Source: a virus. Taken from it: DNA of 64,000 nt. A program made the translations under genes and the position numbers. How positions within the stretch are numbered: the first letter of the stretch is position 1; each line of letters starts with the position of its first letter. A model generated the notes under the pieces. That model worked only from the letters and a program-made list of their open reading frames with translations, did no database searches and was not told where the DNA came from. The stretch is from IMG/VR virus record IMGVR_UViG_3300037247_000703, positions 36,331 to 100,330 of that record; one strand, written 5' to 3'. Shown here in pieces: positions 27,951 through 36,626 of the stretch.

Positions 27951-28671
27951 GGTCGCGTCCCGCTGTGACAAGGTTGCCGCATTGCTGTGGGTCGGTTGCG
28001 GTTCGTTTTGGGTCATTTTGGATTTCGGCCCCGTGCGGTGCCGGTTCGTCTGGCGAGCTTGGCACACTCCTTTGAGTGGTGTCAGCGTTGCTTGGCACAG
28101 TCTTCGAGCGGTTCTCCTTGCGGTCGTAGTAGCCGGCCTTCCTCGCCCACTTGTCGCGGATCGATTTTGCGCGCCGGAGTCGGGTTTCGGCTTTCTTCAG
28201 CATCGCCCGGACGTGTTCCTCGCGTGCCGCCGCGCGCTGTCGCGCCGCTGTCGCGCAGTCGATGACCTCGGGTTCGGCGAACTTGATCGTCAGCCCTTCG
28301 TGCCACGTCGGTTCGAGTGTCCACCAATCGATCATGTTTTTGTGGTTGAGCCCGAGCGTGTGATCGATCTCGTGCTCGAAGATTTGGGCGAGCTTGCGGT
28401 AGTCGACTGGATCGCGCCCGTCGGCTCGGCACTCGGCGACGAATGCCGGGGGTGGAAGCGTAAGCCGAATCGTGATTCCGTGACGGTTGCAATCGCCTTC
28501 GGTCCCGAGAACTCCCCACCCGTGGAGCGCGGAACCCTTTCCATAGTAGATCTCAACCTCGCGCCACTCGACACCCTTGGCGCGCATGCCCGCCGACAGG
28601 AATCGGCGAATGTCGCGGGCGTCGTAGGTAGTGCGGTTCACGACTTTGAGTCGAAGACTTCTCGATGCCAT
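27943..28671 (-). CDS. HExxH (SprT-like) zinc-binding protein, first gene of the leftward transcript
   Basis: FEHEIDHTLGLNH; coiled C-terminus; ATG at the predicted +1. Confidence 0.7.
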   Translation of the reverse strand: MASRSLRLKVVNRTTYDARDIRRFLSAGMRAKGVEWREVEIYYGKGSALHGWGVLGTEGDCNRHGITIRLTLPPPAFVAECRADGRDPVDYRKLAQIFEHEIDHTLGLNHKNMIDWWTLEPTWHEGLTIKFAEPEVIDCATAARQRAAAREEHVRAMLKKAETRLRRAKSIRDKWARKAGYYDRKENRSKTVPSNADTTQRSVPSSPDEPAPHGAEIQNDPKRTATDPQQCGNLVTAGRDRG

Positions 28672-28678
28672 GAAGATG

Positions 28679-28707
28679 ATGTTAACAAAAGTCTAAACAG
28701 ATGTCAA
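28679..28707 (-). promoter_or_regulatory. sigma70-type promoter, leftward, leaderless
   Basis: TTGACA-17nt-TAACAT; ATG at 28671 lies 7 nt after the -10. Confidence 0.8.
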
Positions 28708-28755
28708 CAGGAAAAAACGCATCGACGGTTCTTTTTTGTTTCGCGTTCTTTTTTG

Positions 28756-28784
28756 TTGACCGTGGGGCGTTCGCTCCGTACAGT
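28756..28784 (+). promoter_or_regulatory. sigma70-type promoter, rightward
   Basis: TTGACC-17nt-TACAGT; T-tract repeats GTTCTTTTTTGTT at 28728-28740 and 28745-28757. Confidence 0.75.
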
Positions 28785-28830
28785 AGAGCCATGTACGAGG
28801 CAGTCAGCTAAGCCAATCCGAGGAAAAGCG

Positions 28831-29208
28831 ATGTCGAAGAAAAAGAAGAACAGGCTACAGAACGAAATGCACGAGTTCGAGGCGGCCAAGATCCGCGAGG
28901 CGCTCTCGCGCACCGATGGCAACCTGAAGAACACCGCCGAGATTCTCGACATGCCGACGACCACGCTCACGTCGACGCTTCAGCGCCGACATCCGAAGCT
29001 GCTCGAATACGCTCGCACCCTGCGCGCGAAGAAAGGCAACGAACGAGGCCGCCCGCGCATCGAGGCGAGCGAGCGCACGAAGAAGGCCGTCAAAGTGGCG
29101 TGGCGCAAGGCCGACGGAATCCTCGCCGAAGCCGCGCGCCTGCTCAAGCTGCCGGCGTCGAGCACCCGCGAGCTTCTGATCCGCTACGAGATGATCGAGG
29201 CCGAGTAG
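28831..29208 (+). CDS. tandem Fis-type HTH DNA-binding protein
   Basis: IREALSRTDGNLKNTAEILDMPTTTL and AWRKADGILAEAARLLKLPASS; start reassigned to the ATG after GAGGA. Confidence 0.8.
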   Translation: MSKKKKNRLQNEMHEFEAAKIREALSRTDGNLKNTAEILDMPTTTLTSTLQRRHPKLLEYARTLRAKKGNERGRPRIEASERTKKAVKVAWRKADGILAEAARLLKLPASSTRELLIRYEMIEAE

Positions 29209-29209
29209 A

Positions 29210-29401
29210 ATGAAGCCGGGATGGAGGTGGGATTGGCCGATGAAAAAAGCGCACTACTTCATCGAGGGTAGGTCGCTGTGTAGTCGGTGGGCCTCGTTCG
29301 AAAACGAACCCGACAAAACATGTTACAGGAAGTCGGATCGCTGCAAGCCCTGCAGCCGGAAAGTGGCTGCAGCGGAAAGAGATCGAGGAACCACCCCATG
29401 A
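29210..29401 (+). CDS. small Zn-binding protein
   Basis: KAHYF..SLC..CKPC. Confidence 0.65.
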   Translation: MKPGWRWDWPMKKAHYFIEGRSLCSRWASFENEPDKTCYRKSDRCKPCSRKVAAAERDRGTTP

Positions 29402-29607
29402 CTAGTCGACCCGACTCACCGCTCTGGACGAACCCGGCCAGCACCAAGGATGCGTTCCCAGAATTGGCGGACGTTGACCCCGGTTTGCTCGAACAGCTCG
29501 TCTACGAGATGGAGAATGACCCCGAGTTTCAGCGCCAACTGGAGAAACGACTCGCCCCGTACAATACGCCGGTTACTGCCGACACTCTTTACAGGTTGCT
29601 GCCATGA
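29398..29607 (+). CDS. hypothetical protein
   Basis: ATG at 29398 overlaps the upstream stop. Confidence 0.6.
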   Translation: MTSRPDSPLWTNPASTKDAFPELADVDPGLLEQLVYEMENDPEFQRQLEKRLAPYNTPVTADTLYRLLP

Positions 29608-29882
29608 CCCGGACCACCCGACCTACTACGCCAGAGGAGCGGGAAGCGGCGTACCTGGACCACCAAGGCGATCCCGCGTGGGAGTGGGATCGGCGACTGC
29701 TCGACGACCTCAAGGACGCGCACGAGCTGTTGGAGCGGGCCACCGCTCAACTCACAACGGCAGCCGGCGCGCTGCTTCTCGTTCCAGAGGGTACGCGACT
29801 ATCACGAGACGCGGCGGACCTTTCGAACGACATCGACGACTTACTCGCTGCACCCCAGCGCTCTGCCGGGGAGCCGGAATGA
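29604..29882 (+). CDS. hypothetical coiled-coil protein
   Basis: ATGA overlaps. Confidence 0.6.
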   Translation: MTRTTRPTTPEEREAAYLDHQGDPAWEWDRRLLDDLKDAHELLERATAQLTTAAGALLLVPEGTRLSRDAADLSNDIDDLLAAPQRSAGEPE

Positions 29883-30190
29883 GCGACCGACAGTGCCTTG
29901 CATGTGGACACGTTGTGACGATCACCGGGCCTGGGGCATCGCGTATCGGTTGGGTGTTCAAGAAGCACGTAACCAGGTGCGCTGCGGCTACAGACGACGA
30001 ACGAAAACAGTTCCGCCGTACTGGCAGGTGGCCGATCCGACGGTGCCAATGCGGTTCGCCCATGTTCCCCAACATTGAGGGCCGCTGGCTCTGCCGTGAT
30101 GGTGACTGGGACGGCTCGGCGAGGAAGTGGTTACTCGGCCGATGCCAGCCAGTCTCCGACGATACGCCCGGGGGTCCCGATGCCGGGTGA
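29879..30190 (+). CDS. Zn-finger hypothetical protein
   Basis: CLACG..HVTRC, CQCG; ATGA overlap. Confidence 0.6.
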   Translation: MSDRQCLACGHVVTITGPGASRIGWVFKKHVTRCAAATDDERKQFRRTGRWPIRRCQCGSPMFPNIEGRWLCRDGDWDGSARKWLLGRCQPVSDDTPGGPDAG

Positions 30191-30539
30191 GGGGAGAGAC
30201 TCGGCCCGCGAACTGCGGCTCCAAATTTCACGGTTCCTCAGCGGACGGTCACCGGCTGCTGACATCGATCAGGCCATCGAACAATGGCGCGAGGAGACGG
30301 ACCGCCCCACCGTCCGCGCCCTCGAACGTGAGCGGGACAAGCTACGCACCTGCATGACGCTGGACCGGAAGACAATCGAACGGCGAACCGAGCAACGGGA
30401 CCGCTACAAGGATGCGCTAGAGGCAATCTGCGGCAAGAGTTCCGCGCACAAGTCGCCACGACAGCGGTTGATTGATGTCAATCACGCTTTGAAGCGCCTC
30501 GCCCGCGCCGCCCTGTCTCCACCTCCAGACATCGCCTGA
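30180..30539 (+). CDS. hypothetical coiled-coil protein
   Basis: Helical composition; continues the operon. Confidence 0.55.
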   Translation: MPGEGRDSARELRLQISRFLSGRSPAADIDQAIEQWREETDRPTVRALERERDKLRTCMTLDRKTIERRTEQRDRYKDALEAICGKSSAHKSPRQRLIDVNHALKRLARAALSPPPDIA

Positions 30540-30548
30540 TTCCCACAA

Positions 30549-30905
30549 ATGAAACTCGACGGTATTGATCAGGTTACAAAGGCTGCAAAGGCCGCCACGG
30601 CGAAGATCCTGCGCCGGGATCCCAACGACCCCGACCCGACCACGCTGATCGAGTGCTTCTCCGGCGACGTCATCCGGGTGCCGTTCTTTGGCCTGTGTGA
30701 GTTCGCCTTCTTCATCGGGCGCCGCACGGTGACGAGCAAGGTCGAGCTCGTCGGGGAAGACGGCCAGAAGCGCCGTGTGCCCGTCTACGGCGGGGTCAGT
30801 TCAGGCTTCGTCAGACTCCTACCGCGCGAGCGGAATCCGCCACGGGCTGTTACAACGGTCCCCGGGTGGGTTCCCGTGCAGTGTGTCGACCGACACCGGC
30901 CGTGA
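30549..30905 (+). CDS. hypothetical protein
   Basis: Continues the operon. Confidence 0.55.
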   Translation: MKLDGIDQVTKAAKAATAKILRRDPNDPDPTTLIECFSGDVIRVPFFGLCEFAFFIGRRTVTSKVELVGEDGQKRRVPVYGGVSSGFVRLLPRERNPPRAVTTVPGWVPVQCVDRHRP

Positions 30906-31029
30906 CCTGTCGCCGTCGCTGACAGCGTGCGGTTCTGTCACAACGAGAAAACACGCACTTGCGTTCTTTACTGTGTAAGACTGTCACACGGGAAAGAACC
31001 TACATGAATTCTTTTCCGTAGTTACGACT

Positions 31030-31045
31030 TGGCATCTCGCGTGCA
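31030..31045 (+). promoter_or_regulatory. putative sigma54 (-24/-12) promoter
   Basis: TGGCATCTCGCGTGCA = GG-N10-GC, in an intergenic region. Confidence 0.6.
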
Positions 31046-31057
31046 TTGATTCAGGGC

Positions 31058-31324
31058 ATGATCAACAAGACCACCTACGTTCTCGCGAATGCCTCCGGTG
31101 ACCTGTACCTCCGCATCTACACCGAGGAGTGTGGGATGCTGCTCTCCTCGCTCGGTCGCAAGGGAGAGGTCACTCCGCGAATGCTGCGCGAGGAGTCCGG
31201 CCTCACGAAGAGCCAGACCCGCCGACTCATCGAGAAGGGCGTGCTCGACGTCGAAGAGTTCGAGTGTGGCCGCTGTCACGCCGACTGTGCCGGCGAGTGC
31301 AGCACTTCGGGAAACAACTTCTAA
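31058..31324 (+). CDS. small winged-HTH plus Cys-cluster protein
   Basis: TPRMLREESGLTKSQTRRLIEKGVL; CGRC..C..C. Confidence 0.65.
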   Translation: MINKTTYVLANASGDLYLRIYTEECGMLLSSLGRKGEVTPRMLREESGLTKSQTRRLIEKGVLDVEEFECGRCHADCAGECSTSGNNF

Positions 31325-31347
31325 CGGTAGCCTCGACCCCCGCTCTT

Positions 31348-31381
31348 AAAAAAAACGGCGCCCGGCTTTAACCGGGCGCCG
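31348..31381 (-). terminator. rho-independent terminator of the late transcript
   Basis: Stem CGGCGCCCGG/CCGGGCGCCG (31356-31381), 6-nt loop, A8 tract at 31348-31355 (U-tract on the minus strand). Confidence 0.85.
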
Positions 31382-31464
31382 CCGCTCGTGGGAGTGTCTA
31401 AATACCGCAGCCCGGATGGCCTTGGATCCGAACGCCTTCCGACGCCCAGCACCCCACGAACACT

Positions 31465-32103
31465 CTAGATCGGAGTCGCAGGCGGTCGGGCCGGCTGTGT
31501 TTCGGCGCGGTCGCTGTTCGGTGTGTTCCCCTTCTTCAGATCCTTGAAGAATTCGACACCGCCGGCCGCCGCAAAGCCGATCAGCAGGCCCGTGAGCACG
31601 AGCCGAGCTGACAGGCTTTGTCCGGCTAGCTGCCCGGTGAGCACTGCGCCGGCCGTCGAGCTGCCCAGGTTGAGCGCCCACCCACCCCACCGGCTTCTGA
31701 ACCATGCGAGAAAACTCAGCATTTCCCAGCCGACCGCGATTCGAAGTCCGACCATCAACAGCATCAAGGCCGCAGTCGCCGCGAGCGCGTATTCGCCCGA
31801 CATGACCCATTCGAGCACCTTCGTCGCCAGACCGGCAGGATCGTCAGCCGATGGCGCATCAGGAGCCTTCTCCGGGGCTGTGACAGCCGCTTCGCCGGAG
31901 GGCGCCTCGGCAGCGGGGGCCGGAGCCGGAACCGCTGGGGGCGCGTCAGGGGCCACGACTGGCGCCAAGACCTCCGGTTCCGCCGCAGGTTCGGCCGGAG
32001 CCTCGACCGTGGGCGGTTCGACTGGATCGGTGGGTTGTGCAGTGGCGCTGAGTGCCGCGGACAAACCGACCGCGACGAGCAGCATCGATAGGTATCGCCT
32101 CAT
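31465..32103 (-). CDS. holin-like membrane protein with signal peptide and Pro/Ala-rich linker
   Basis: N-terminal signal peptide (ATA|QP), 3-4 C-terminal TM segments, last gene of the late operon. Confidence 0.55.
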   Translation of the reverse strand: MRRYLSMLLVAVGLSAALSATAQPTDPVEPPTVEAPAEPAAEPEVLAPVVAPDAPPAVPAPAPAAEAPSGEAAVTAPEKAPDAPSADDPAGLATKVLEWVMSGEYALAATAALMLLMVGLRIAVGWEMLSFLAWFRSRWGGWALNLGSSTAGAVLTGQLAGQSLSARLVLTGLLIGFAAAGGVEFFKDLKKGNTPNSDRAETQPARPPATPI

Positions 32104-32116
32104 GGTTTCTCCTCCT

Positions 32117-33055
32117 TCAATCGAATAGTTCTTTTCCGACGACTCCGAGCAAGATTGCAGCGAGTCCGGCCGCCGACGTCCATGCGATCGGATTCCCCCA
32201 TCGGGGTTTCACGCGTTCGTATTCGTACTTTCGGTTCCACTTGACAACATCGTCAGTCAACCTGTTGTTGCTCGCCTGAAGTACGATAACACTCCGTCGT
32301 TCCGCTTCAAGCGCCGCCCTGATGGCAGAAATCTGAACCCCGAACGCGATGATCTGTTCGCCTTGCGCCGCGCTCGTCTCGCGCAGCTTCACAAGTTCGG
32401 CGTCGGCATCATAGGCCGCCTGTACTTCTTCGATCGTGAGCCAGCCGCAAACCTCGCGGCCATCGGCCAGCGGGTAGACGTGACAAATTGGAATAATCTG
32501 CGGCGTGTATGGCTCGCCATGCGCCGTTGATGACCACAGCACAGTAGCGAGCAAGATAGCGACAACGTGAGCCCACGTGAGCCCACGTGCCGCCCTTGAT
32601 ACAGCCATTGCAGTCACGCCCATCGCGGCTGCGATGGATCGCACCGTTTCACCAACGCTTCGTCTCCGGCGAAGATCGCGAACCATCTCCTCTGTAAGTT
32701 TCGCATTACCGCTACGCTCACCGCGCGGCCAGCGATCCGGCCGACGAGCATGTCCGCCCCGTCCGCGCCGCTCACGGTCGAGTGCGTTATTGGACTGAGT
32801 GCCGAGGTAGAGATGATCCGGGTTGACGCAGGAGGGCGTATCGCACTCGTGCAGAACGCAGAGCCCGTTCGGGATCGAGCCGCGGTGTAATTCCCATGAG
32901 ATCCGATGGGCCGAGCGGCAGCACCCTCCGACGCTTAGCTGACCGTAGTCATTGGGAGGCGGACCCTTGACGGCCGCTATCCATAGCCAGCATCCGGTAC
33001 TCGGATCTGGCTGAAATTTCTCCTCAAAACGATCAGCGACGGGGCGTGCGCGCAT
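32117..33055 (-). CDS. HNH endonuclease fused in frame to an exported coiled-coil membrane protein (spanin-like)
   Basis: GCWLW, AHR, VLHECDTPSCVNPDHL, NAKLT HTH; then VVAILLATVLWSSTAHG signal, coiled coil and C-terminal TM. Confidence 0.8.
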   Translation of the reverse strand: MRARPVADRFEEKFQPDPSTGCWLWIAAVKGPPPNDYGQLSVGGCCRSAHRISWELHRGSIPNGLCVLHECDTPSCVNPDHLYLGTQSNNALDRERRGRGGHARRPDRWPRGERSGNAKLTEEMVRDLRRRRSVGETVRSIAAAMGVTAMAVSRAARGLTWAHVVAILLATVLWSSTAHGEPYTPQIIPICHVYPLADGREVCGWLTIEEVQAAYDADAELVKLRETSAAQGEQIIAFGVQISAIRAALEAERRSVIVLQASNNRLTDDVVKWNRKYEYERVKPRWGNPIAWTSAAGLAAILLGVVGKELFD

Positions 33056-33069
33056 TTCGGCAGCCTACC

Positions 33070-33462
33070 TTACTTGCCCCTCGGTAGATCAGCCCAAGTA
33101 AGGCGATCGATGTTGGCCTTGTCCAGTTCATTGCGCCTCGTTGCGGCATGGATTCGAAGATCGAGTTCGAGGATTCGATCGGCCTGCCGCTTGGCTTCGG
33201 CGAGCGCGGCGTCAGCCTCGGCTTTGTTGCTCGCCACCTGTGCGTCGACTTCGGCCTTGCGCGCGAGTTCTTCGCGCTTGAACTTGTCGCTTCGCAGTTT
33301 CGCTAGCTCGCGACCGTTGCGCCACATCCACCACGACGCGATCGCTAAGCCAGCGAGCACGAGCACGATCAACAGCGGCCATCGCCACCACGATTTCGCA
33401 CCGCCGCCCTTGCCTTCGTCCGGCTTCTGTTTCCCGATTAGATTGGCGAGAAGTTCGAGCAC
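33070..33462 (-). CDS. i-spanin-like membrane coiled-coil protein
   Basis: Single N-terminal TM followed by a heptad helix; adjacent to the holin-like gene. Confidence 0.55.
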   Translation of the reverse strand: MLELLANLIGKQKPDEGKGGGAKSWWRWPLLIVLVLAGLAIASWWMWRNGRELAKLRSDKFKREELARKAEVDAQVASNKAEADAALAEAKRQADRILELDLRIHAATRRNELDKANIDRLTWADLPRGK

Positions 33463-33465
33463 GGG

Positions 33466-33852
33466 TCAATCTCGCGTGGTCGGTAGCTTGAACTCGATGT
33501 TGCTGGCCGGTGAAACGATGTGCTGAATGTCGGCGCCGAGCGTGAGCCGCGCATCCCATTTGAGAATGTCGTCGCCGAGCACGAGCGATGTTTGCGCCGG
33601 ACGGAAGAAGATTTTGACCTTGCCTTTGTTCACGACCTGATCCGGATCGACGAGAACCTGTGAAGCGTCGGTCGTGGATAACCGGAACAGTCTGGTTTCG
33701 TCTTCGTTGTTCTCGCGAACGTCGATCTCGATCAGTGCCCCGGTGATATCACGCGGGAAGTTGTCTTCTTCGTCTACGACGAGAAGCTCGATCGTGCGCG
33801 AGCCGCCGATGACGAGCGCGCGGTTCCCTACCAGATCGTGACGGCGAGGCAT
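33466..33852 (-). CDS. BppU-like Ig-fold structural protein
   Basis: GGSRTIEL..PRDITGA..GKVKIFF..QT..WD pattern. Confidence 0.6.
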   Translation of the reverse strand: MPRRHDLVGNRALVIGGSRTIELLVVDEEDNFPRDITGALIEIDVRENNEDETRLFRLSTTDASQVLVDPDQVVNKGKVKIFFRPAQTSLVLGDDILKWDARLTLGADIQHIVSPASNIEFKLPTTRD

Positions 33853-34055
33853 CAGGCTTCCTCAATTTCAGAGGCCGTGAGCTTGCCGACTTGAACAATG
33901 TCAGGTGACGTGAGCTTGTCGACTTGCGTGATGGTCGCGACTTGCACACGCGGGATGAGATCAACTTCGCCGCCCGCGCAGAGCATCCCACCCGTGGCGA
34001 GCGCCAGTGGGTTTAGAGGACAGAGCATGCCCCCCGTTGTGAGAGAGAGACTCAT
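33852..34055 (-). CDS. small virion-associated protein with internal repeat
   Basis: LxLxTGGMLC twice. Confidence 0.6.
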   Translation of the reverse strand: MSLSLTTGGMLCPLNPLALATGGMLCAGGEVDLIPRVQVATITQVDKLTSPDIVQVGKLTASEIEEA

Positions 34056-35608
34056 GATGTCGGAGTCGGAATCTTGCGGAGTTTGTATTGATCAGGCTTG
34101 CCTTCGCCGGGCGTGCCGTCTTTCGGTGTGGCTGTTGATTCGAATGTTGCGATAGCGCCAGCATGGAACGTGTCGGCCTTGTCGGCAGCGGCGGCGCCAG
34201 CTTCGTTGGCGAATTTCGTGAGAATACTTTTTGTCAGAAGCTGCCCGCCGGCATCGAGAACGTACTCCTGCTGATTGAGAAGTGTGTTGACGAACGGGCC
34301 TTCATCCGGCGAGTAGCGAACGACGACGATGTCGCCAGTGACGGGAATGAACGAGAGCGGCGATTCAAGCGTCAACAAGGCGCCATCCTGACCGGCGACT
34401 GGCTTCGTGTGCGTCTTGACGATGCGCTCTTCCGTGACTGCGCCGGAAACGTCGGTCACGCGGATGCGCAAACCATTGAACGCGCCAGCCGGCTCCTCAG
34501 CAAGGATGAACACAGTTGACACAGTGCCACCTGAAGCCAAGAAGTTCTTACTAACGGCACCAACCTGATCGAGTAATCCGTTGAGGACGATCGAAATCGC
34601 ACCTTGCTGGTCGAAAGTACCTACCCCTGCAAGGGTCGCGACCCCGTCGGTCGCCGTCGCTTCGAAGATAACCCTTCCGCCGTTCAAGGAGAAAATATAG
34701 ACGCCGGAGGCCGAGGATGCGTTGCGCAGGAACATTTCGCCCATTTGATCGAACGCGAAAATCAGCCCATCGCTGTCGGCCATGTCCACGCCGTTCCGGC
34801 CGAACCCGATATCGACAACCGTGCAATCGGTCATAGCCAAAGCGTTGACGAACTTCGCAACACCAAACGTGATCAGGCCGCCAATGAGGCAGCGCCGCAA
34901 CGTCAGGAATCCTGCGAACAAGATGCCTGCGAAGTTGACGAGGCAGTCCTCGAGAACCACACCAATATTGTCGATGGCGCCGAAGATTCCGTCCACGGCG
35001 ATGCCGCGAAATATGGAGCCCTCGATGCTTGCAGTTACCTTGATGTCAACCGGAGTGAGGAAACTGATGCCCTCGAACGTCCACCCCTCGTGATCGACCG
35101 TGATATTGAGGGTGCTGTCGCCGGTGAGCCTGTACTTCCGTCGAGCGAAGAAGTCGGCCAACATTTTTGCGTCGGCCTCGTTGTTGACCGGGTTGCCAAG
35201 CGTACCGTTGACAAACGGGACAGCCCCCGGACTGCCGGCACCAATGTCAACGTTGATTGCCCCACCGTAGGCGACGTCGAACGCGAGCAGCTTCTGCACG
35301 CCGTTGAGCGTGATCGGTTTCGTGACCGCGCTTCCCGTTCCGCCGGTCGGCGTCATGACGGCGAGGAGTTCGGCCTCGAACACGTTCTCCAGGGTCGCGC
35401 CGCCAGCTAGCGGGATCGTGCCCGTGATAAGCGCTAGATCGTAGGACCACACGTCGGTCGCGCCTAGTTTTGCGGCAGCGGTCGAGGACGCCGTCAGAAT
35501 TTCGTTGTCGCGAACGTTGTAGACAGCGACAGCGACCGACGCAGCGCCGGGGAACAGATCGCTTACAGCGGGGCGTTCGCCGTCGATAAGGGGGGTGAAC
35601 CGAGTCAT
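34052..35608 (-). CDS. tail fibre/spike-like protein (probable beta-helix)
   Basis: Beta-rich, Gly/Ile/Phe-rich; GTLGNPVNN motif. Confidence 0.55.
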   Translation of the reverse strand: MTRFTPLIDGERPAVSDLFPGAASVAVAVYNVRDNEILTASSTAAAKLGATDVWSYDLALITGTIPLAGGATLENVFEAELLAVMTPTGGTGSAVTKPITLNGVQKLLAFDVAYGGAINVDIGAGSPGAVPFVNGTLGNPVNNEADAKMLADFFARRKYRLTGDSTLNITVDHEGWTFEGISFLTPVDIKVTASIEGSIFRGIAVDGIFGAIDNIGVVLEDCLVNFAGILFAGFLTLRRCLIGGLITFGVAKFVNALAMTDCTVVDIGFGRNGVDMADSDGLIFAFDQMGEMFLRNASSASGVYIFSLNGGRVIFEATATDGVATLAGVGTFDQQGAISIVLNGLLDQVGAVSKNFLASGGTVSTVFILAEEPAGAFNGLRIRVTDVSGAVTEERIVKTHTKPVAGQDGALLTLESPLSFIPVTGDIVVVRYSPDEGPFVNTLLNQQEYVLDAGGQLLTKSILTKFANEAGAAAADKADTFHAGAIATFESTATPKDGTPGEGKPDQYKLRKIPTPTS

Positions 35609-36072
35609 GGTTGGCCCACCGGAGTCAGGTTGCCTTGGTTGTCTTCAACGAACCGAGCAACCACCGCAGACCACGGAATCGTTGCGCGGATCGTGTTGGC
35701 GAACTGCTGTGATAGGTCCGGGTCCACGCGCGGCGGAAAGCCCCCGATGCGAGCAGCCCCGCTCGCGACCGCGAAGGCTTGCTTCACTTGCCGGATAGTT
35801 GGCTGGTCTGTCCACGAATCAATCTGGTCGATCCCGCGTTGGATGCAAGACCTTTTCGGCTCCGCAAGCGTTGGCAGCGCGAGCGCGGCGCAGGCTCGTG
35901 CCGCTGCAATGATGAGAGCGCGATCGACTTCGAGCATGTAGCAAAGTCCGAGTAGCCAACCGCCGTCCGGGCAATCGTCCCAGGTCGTGCGAGAGTTGGC
36001 ACGCTTCCCAACCCACCGCCGGCCCGCGCCACAGGCGTTGATACCCTTCAGCCCTTTTGCGATCTTAGCCAT
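35605..36072 (-). CDS. hypothetical protein (Imm5-like helical pattern)
   Basis: NACG..RW..TWDDCPDGGWLL..AARACAALAL. Confidence 0.5.
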   Translation of the reverse strand: MAKIAKGLKGINACGAGRRWVGKRANSRTTWDDCPDGGWLLGLCYMLEVDRALIIAAARACAALALPTLAEPKRSCIQRGIDQIDSWTDQPTIRQVKQAFAVASGAARIGGFPPRVDPDLSQQFANTIRATIPWSAVVARFVEDNQGNLTPVGQP

Positions 36073-36083
36073 CTTCGCCCCGT

Positions 36084-36620
36084 TTAGTCGTTCCTTCGTC
36101 GTCGCCGAAGATACTTCAGTTCGCTCTTGATGTCATCGTGGCGTTCCTTCTGGCGTATCTCCTGCTGCCCGATCAGGACGCCGAGTTCGCCAACGCTCTT
36201 GTCGAGGGCCTGCACCTTGTCTTCCAGCGGCTTGATCTCAACCTTCGTCACCGCCCCGGCGTGCGCAGACTTGATGGCGTGAATCTCGACCTTCGTGTCA
36301 ACCGCCTTGATATCGTCAGCGTTGCTTTTCACCGCCCACTTGATCCCCCCGTAGGCCACGCCGAGCGTGAACAGCGCAGTAAGCACGTACTTGATGAGAC
36401 CGGCGGTGACCGGATGCTTGAGCCCCTTCGGCGGAGGACTATTGCCGTTACCGTTCTCGCGCACCTGGGTGACGAACGTCGTGAGCATCTGGCGGAACCG
36501 CTCCTCCGGGTCGAGGGCTGCACCGCAGTCGGCGTTTGCCGCGAGGACATCGGCGACGAGTGAGTCCGTGTCCGCGCGGTGCGGCGGGTCGGGCTTCTGT
36601 CCGTTGTTCGTCGTCGGCAT
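36084..36620 (-). CDS. membrane-anchored coiled-coil protein
   Basis: TM YVLTALFTLGVAYGGI followed by a coiled coil. Confidence 0.65.
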   Translation of the reverse strand: MPTTNNGQKPDPPHRADTDSLVADVLAANADCGAALDPEERFRQMLTTFVTQVRENGNGNSPPPKGLKHPVTAGLIKYVLTALFTLGVAYGGIKWAVKSNADDIKAVDTKVEIHAIKSAHAGAVTKVEIKPLEDKVQALDKSVGELGVLIGQQEIRQKERHDDIKSELKYLRRRRRND

Positions 36621-36626
36621 GGACTG

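Noticed and set aside
27910-28830. N-terminal ~300 aa of the 432-aa ORF
   Set aside because: Antisense to a real gene and crosses the promoter region; the true start is probably 28831
31386-31465. Structured ncRNA in the holin 3' UTR (TCGTGGG/CCCACGA and GAGTGT/ACACTC pairings)
   Set aside because: Pairings are short and plausible by chance in GC-rich DNA; no recognisable family
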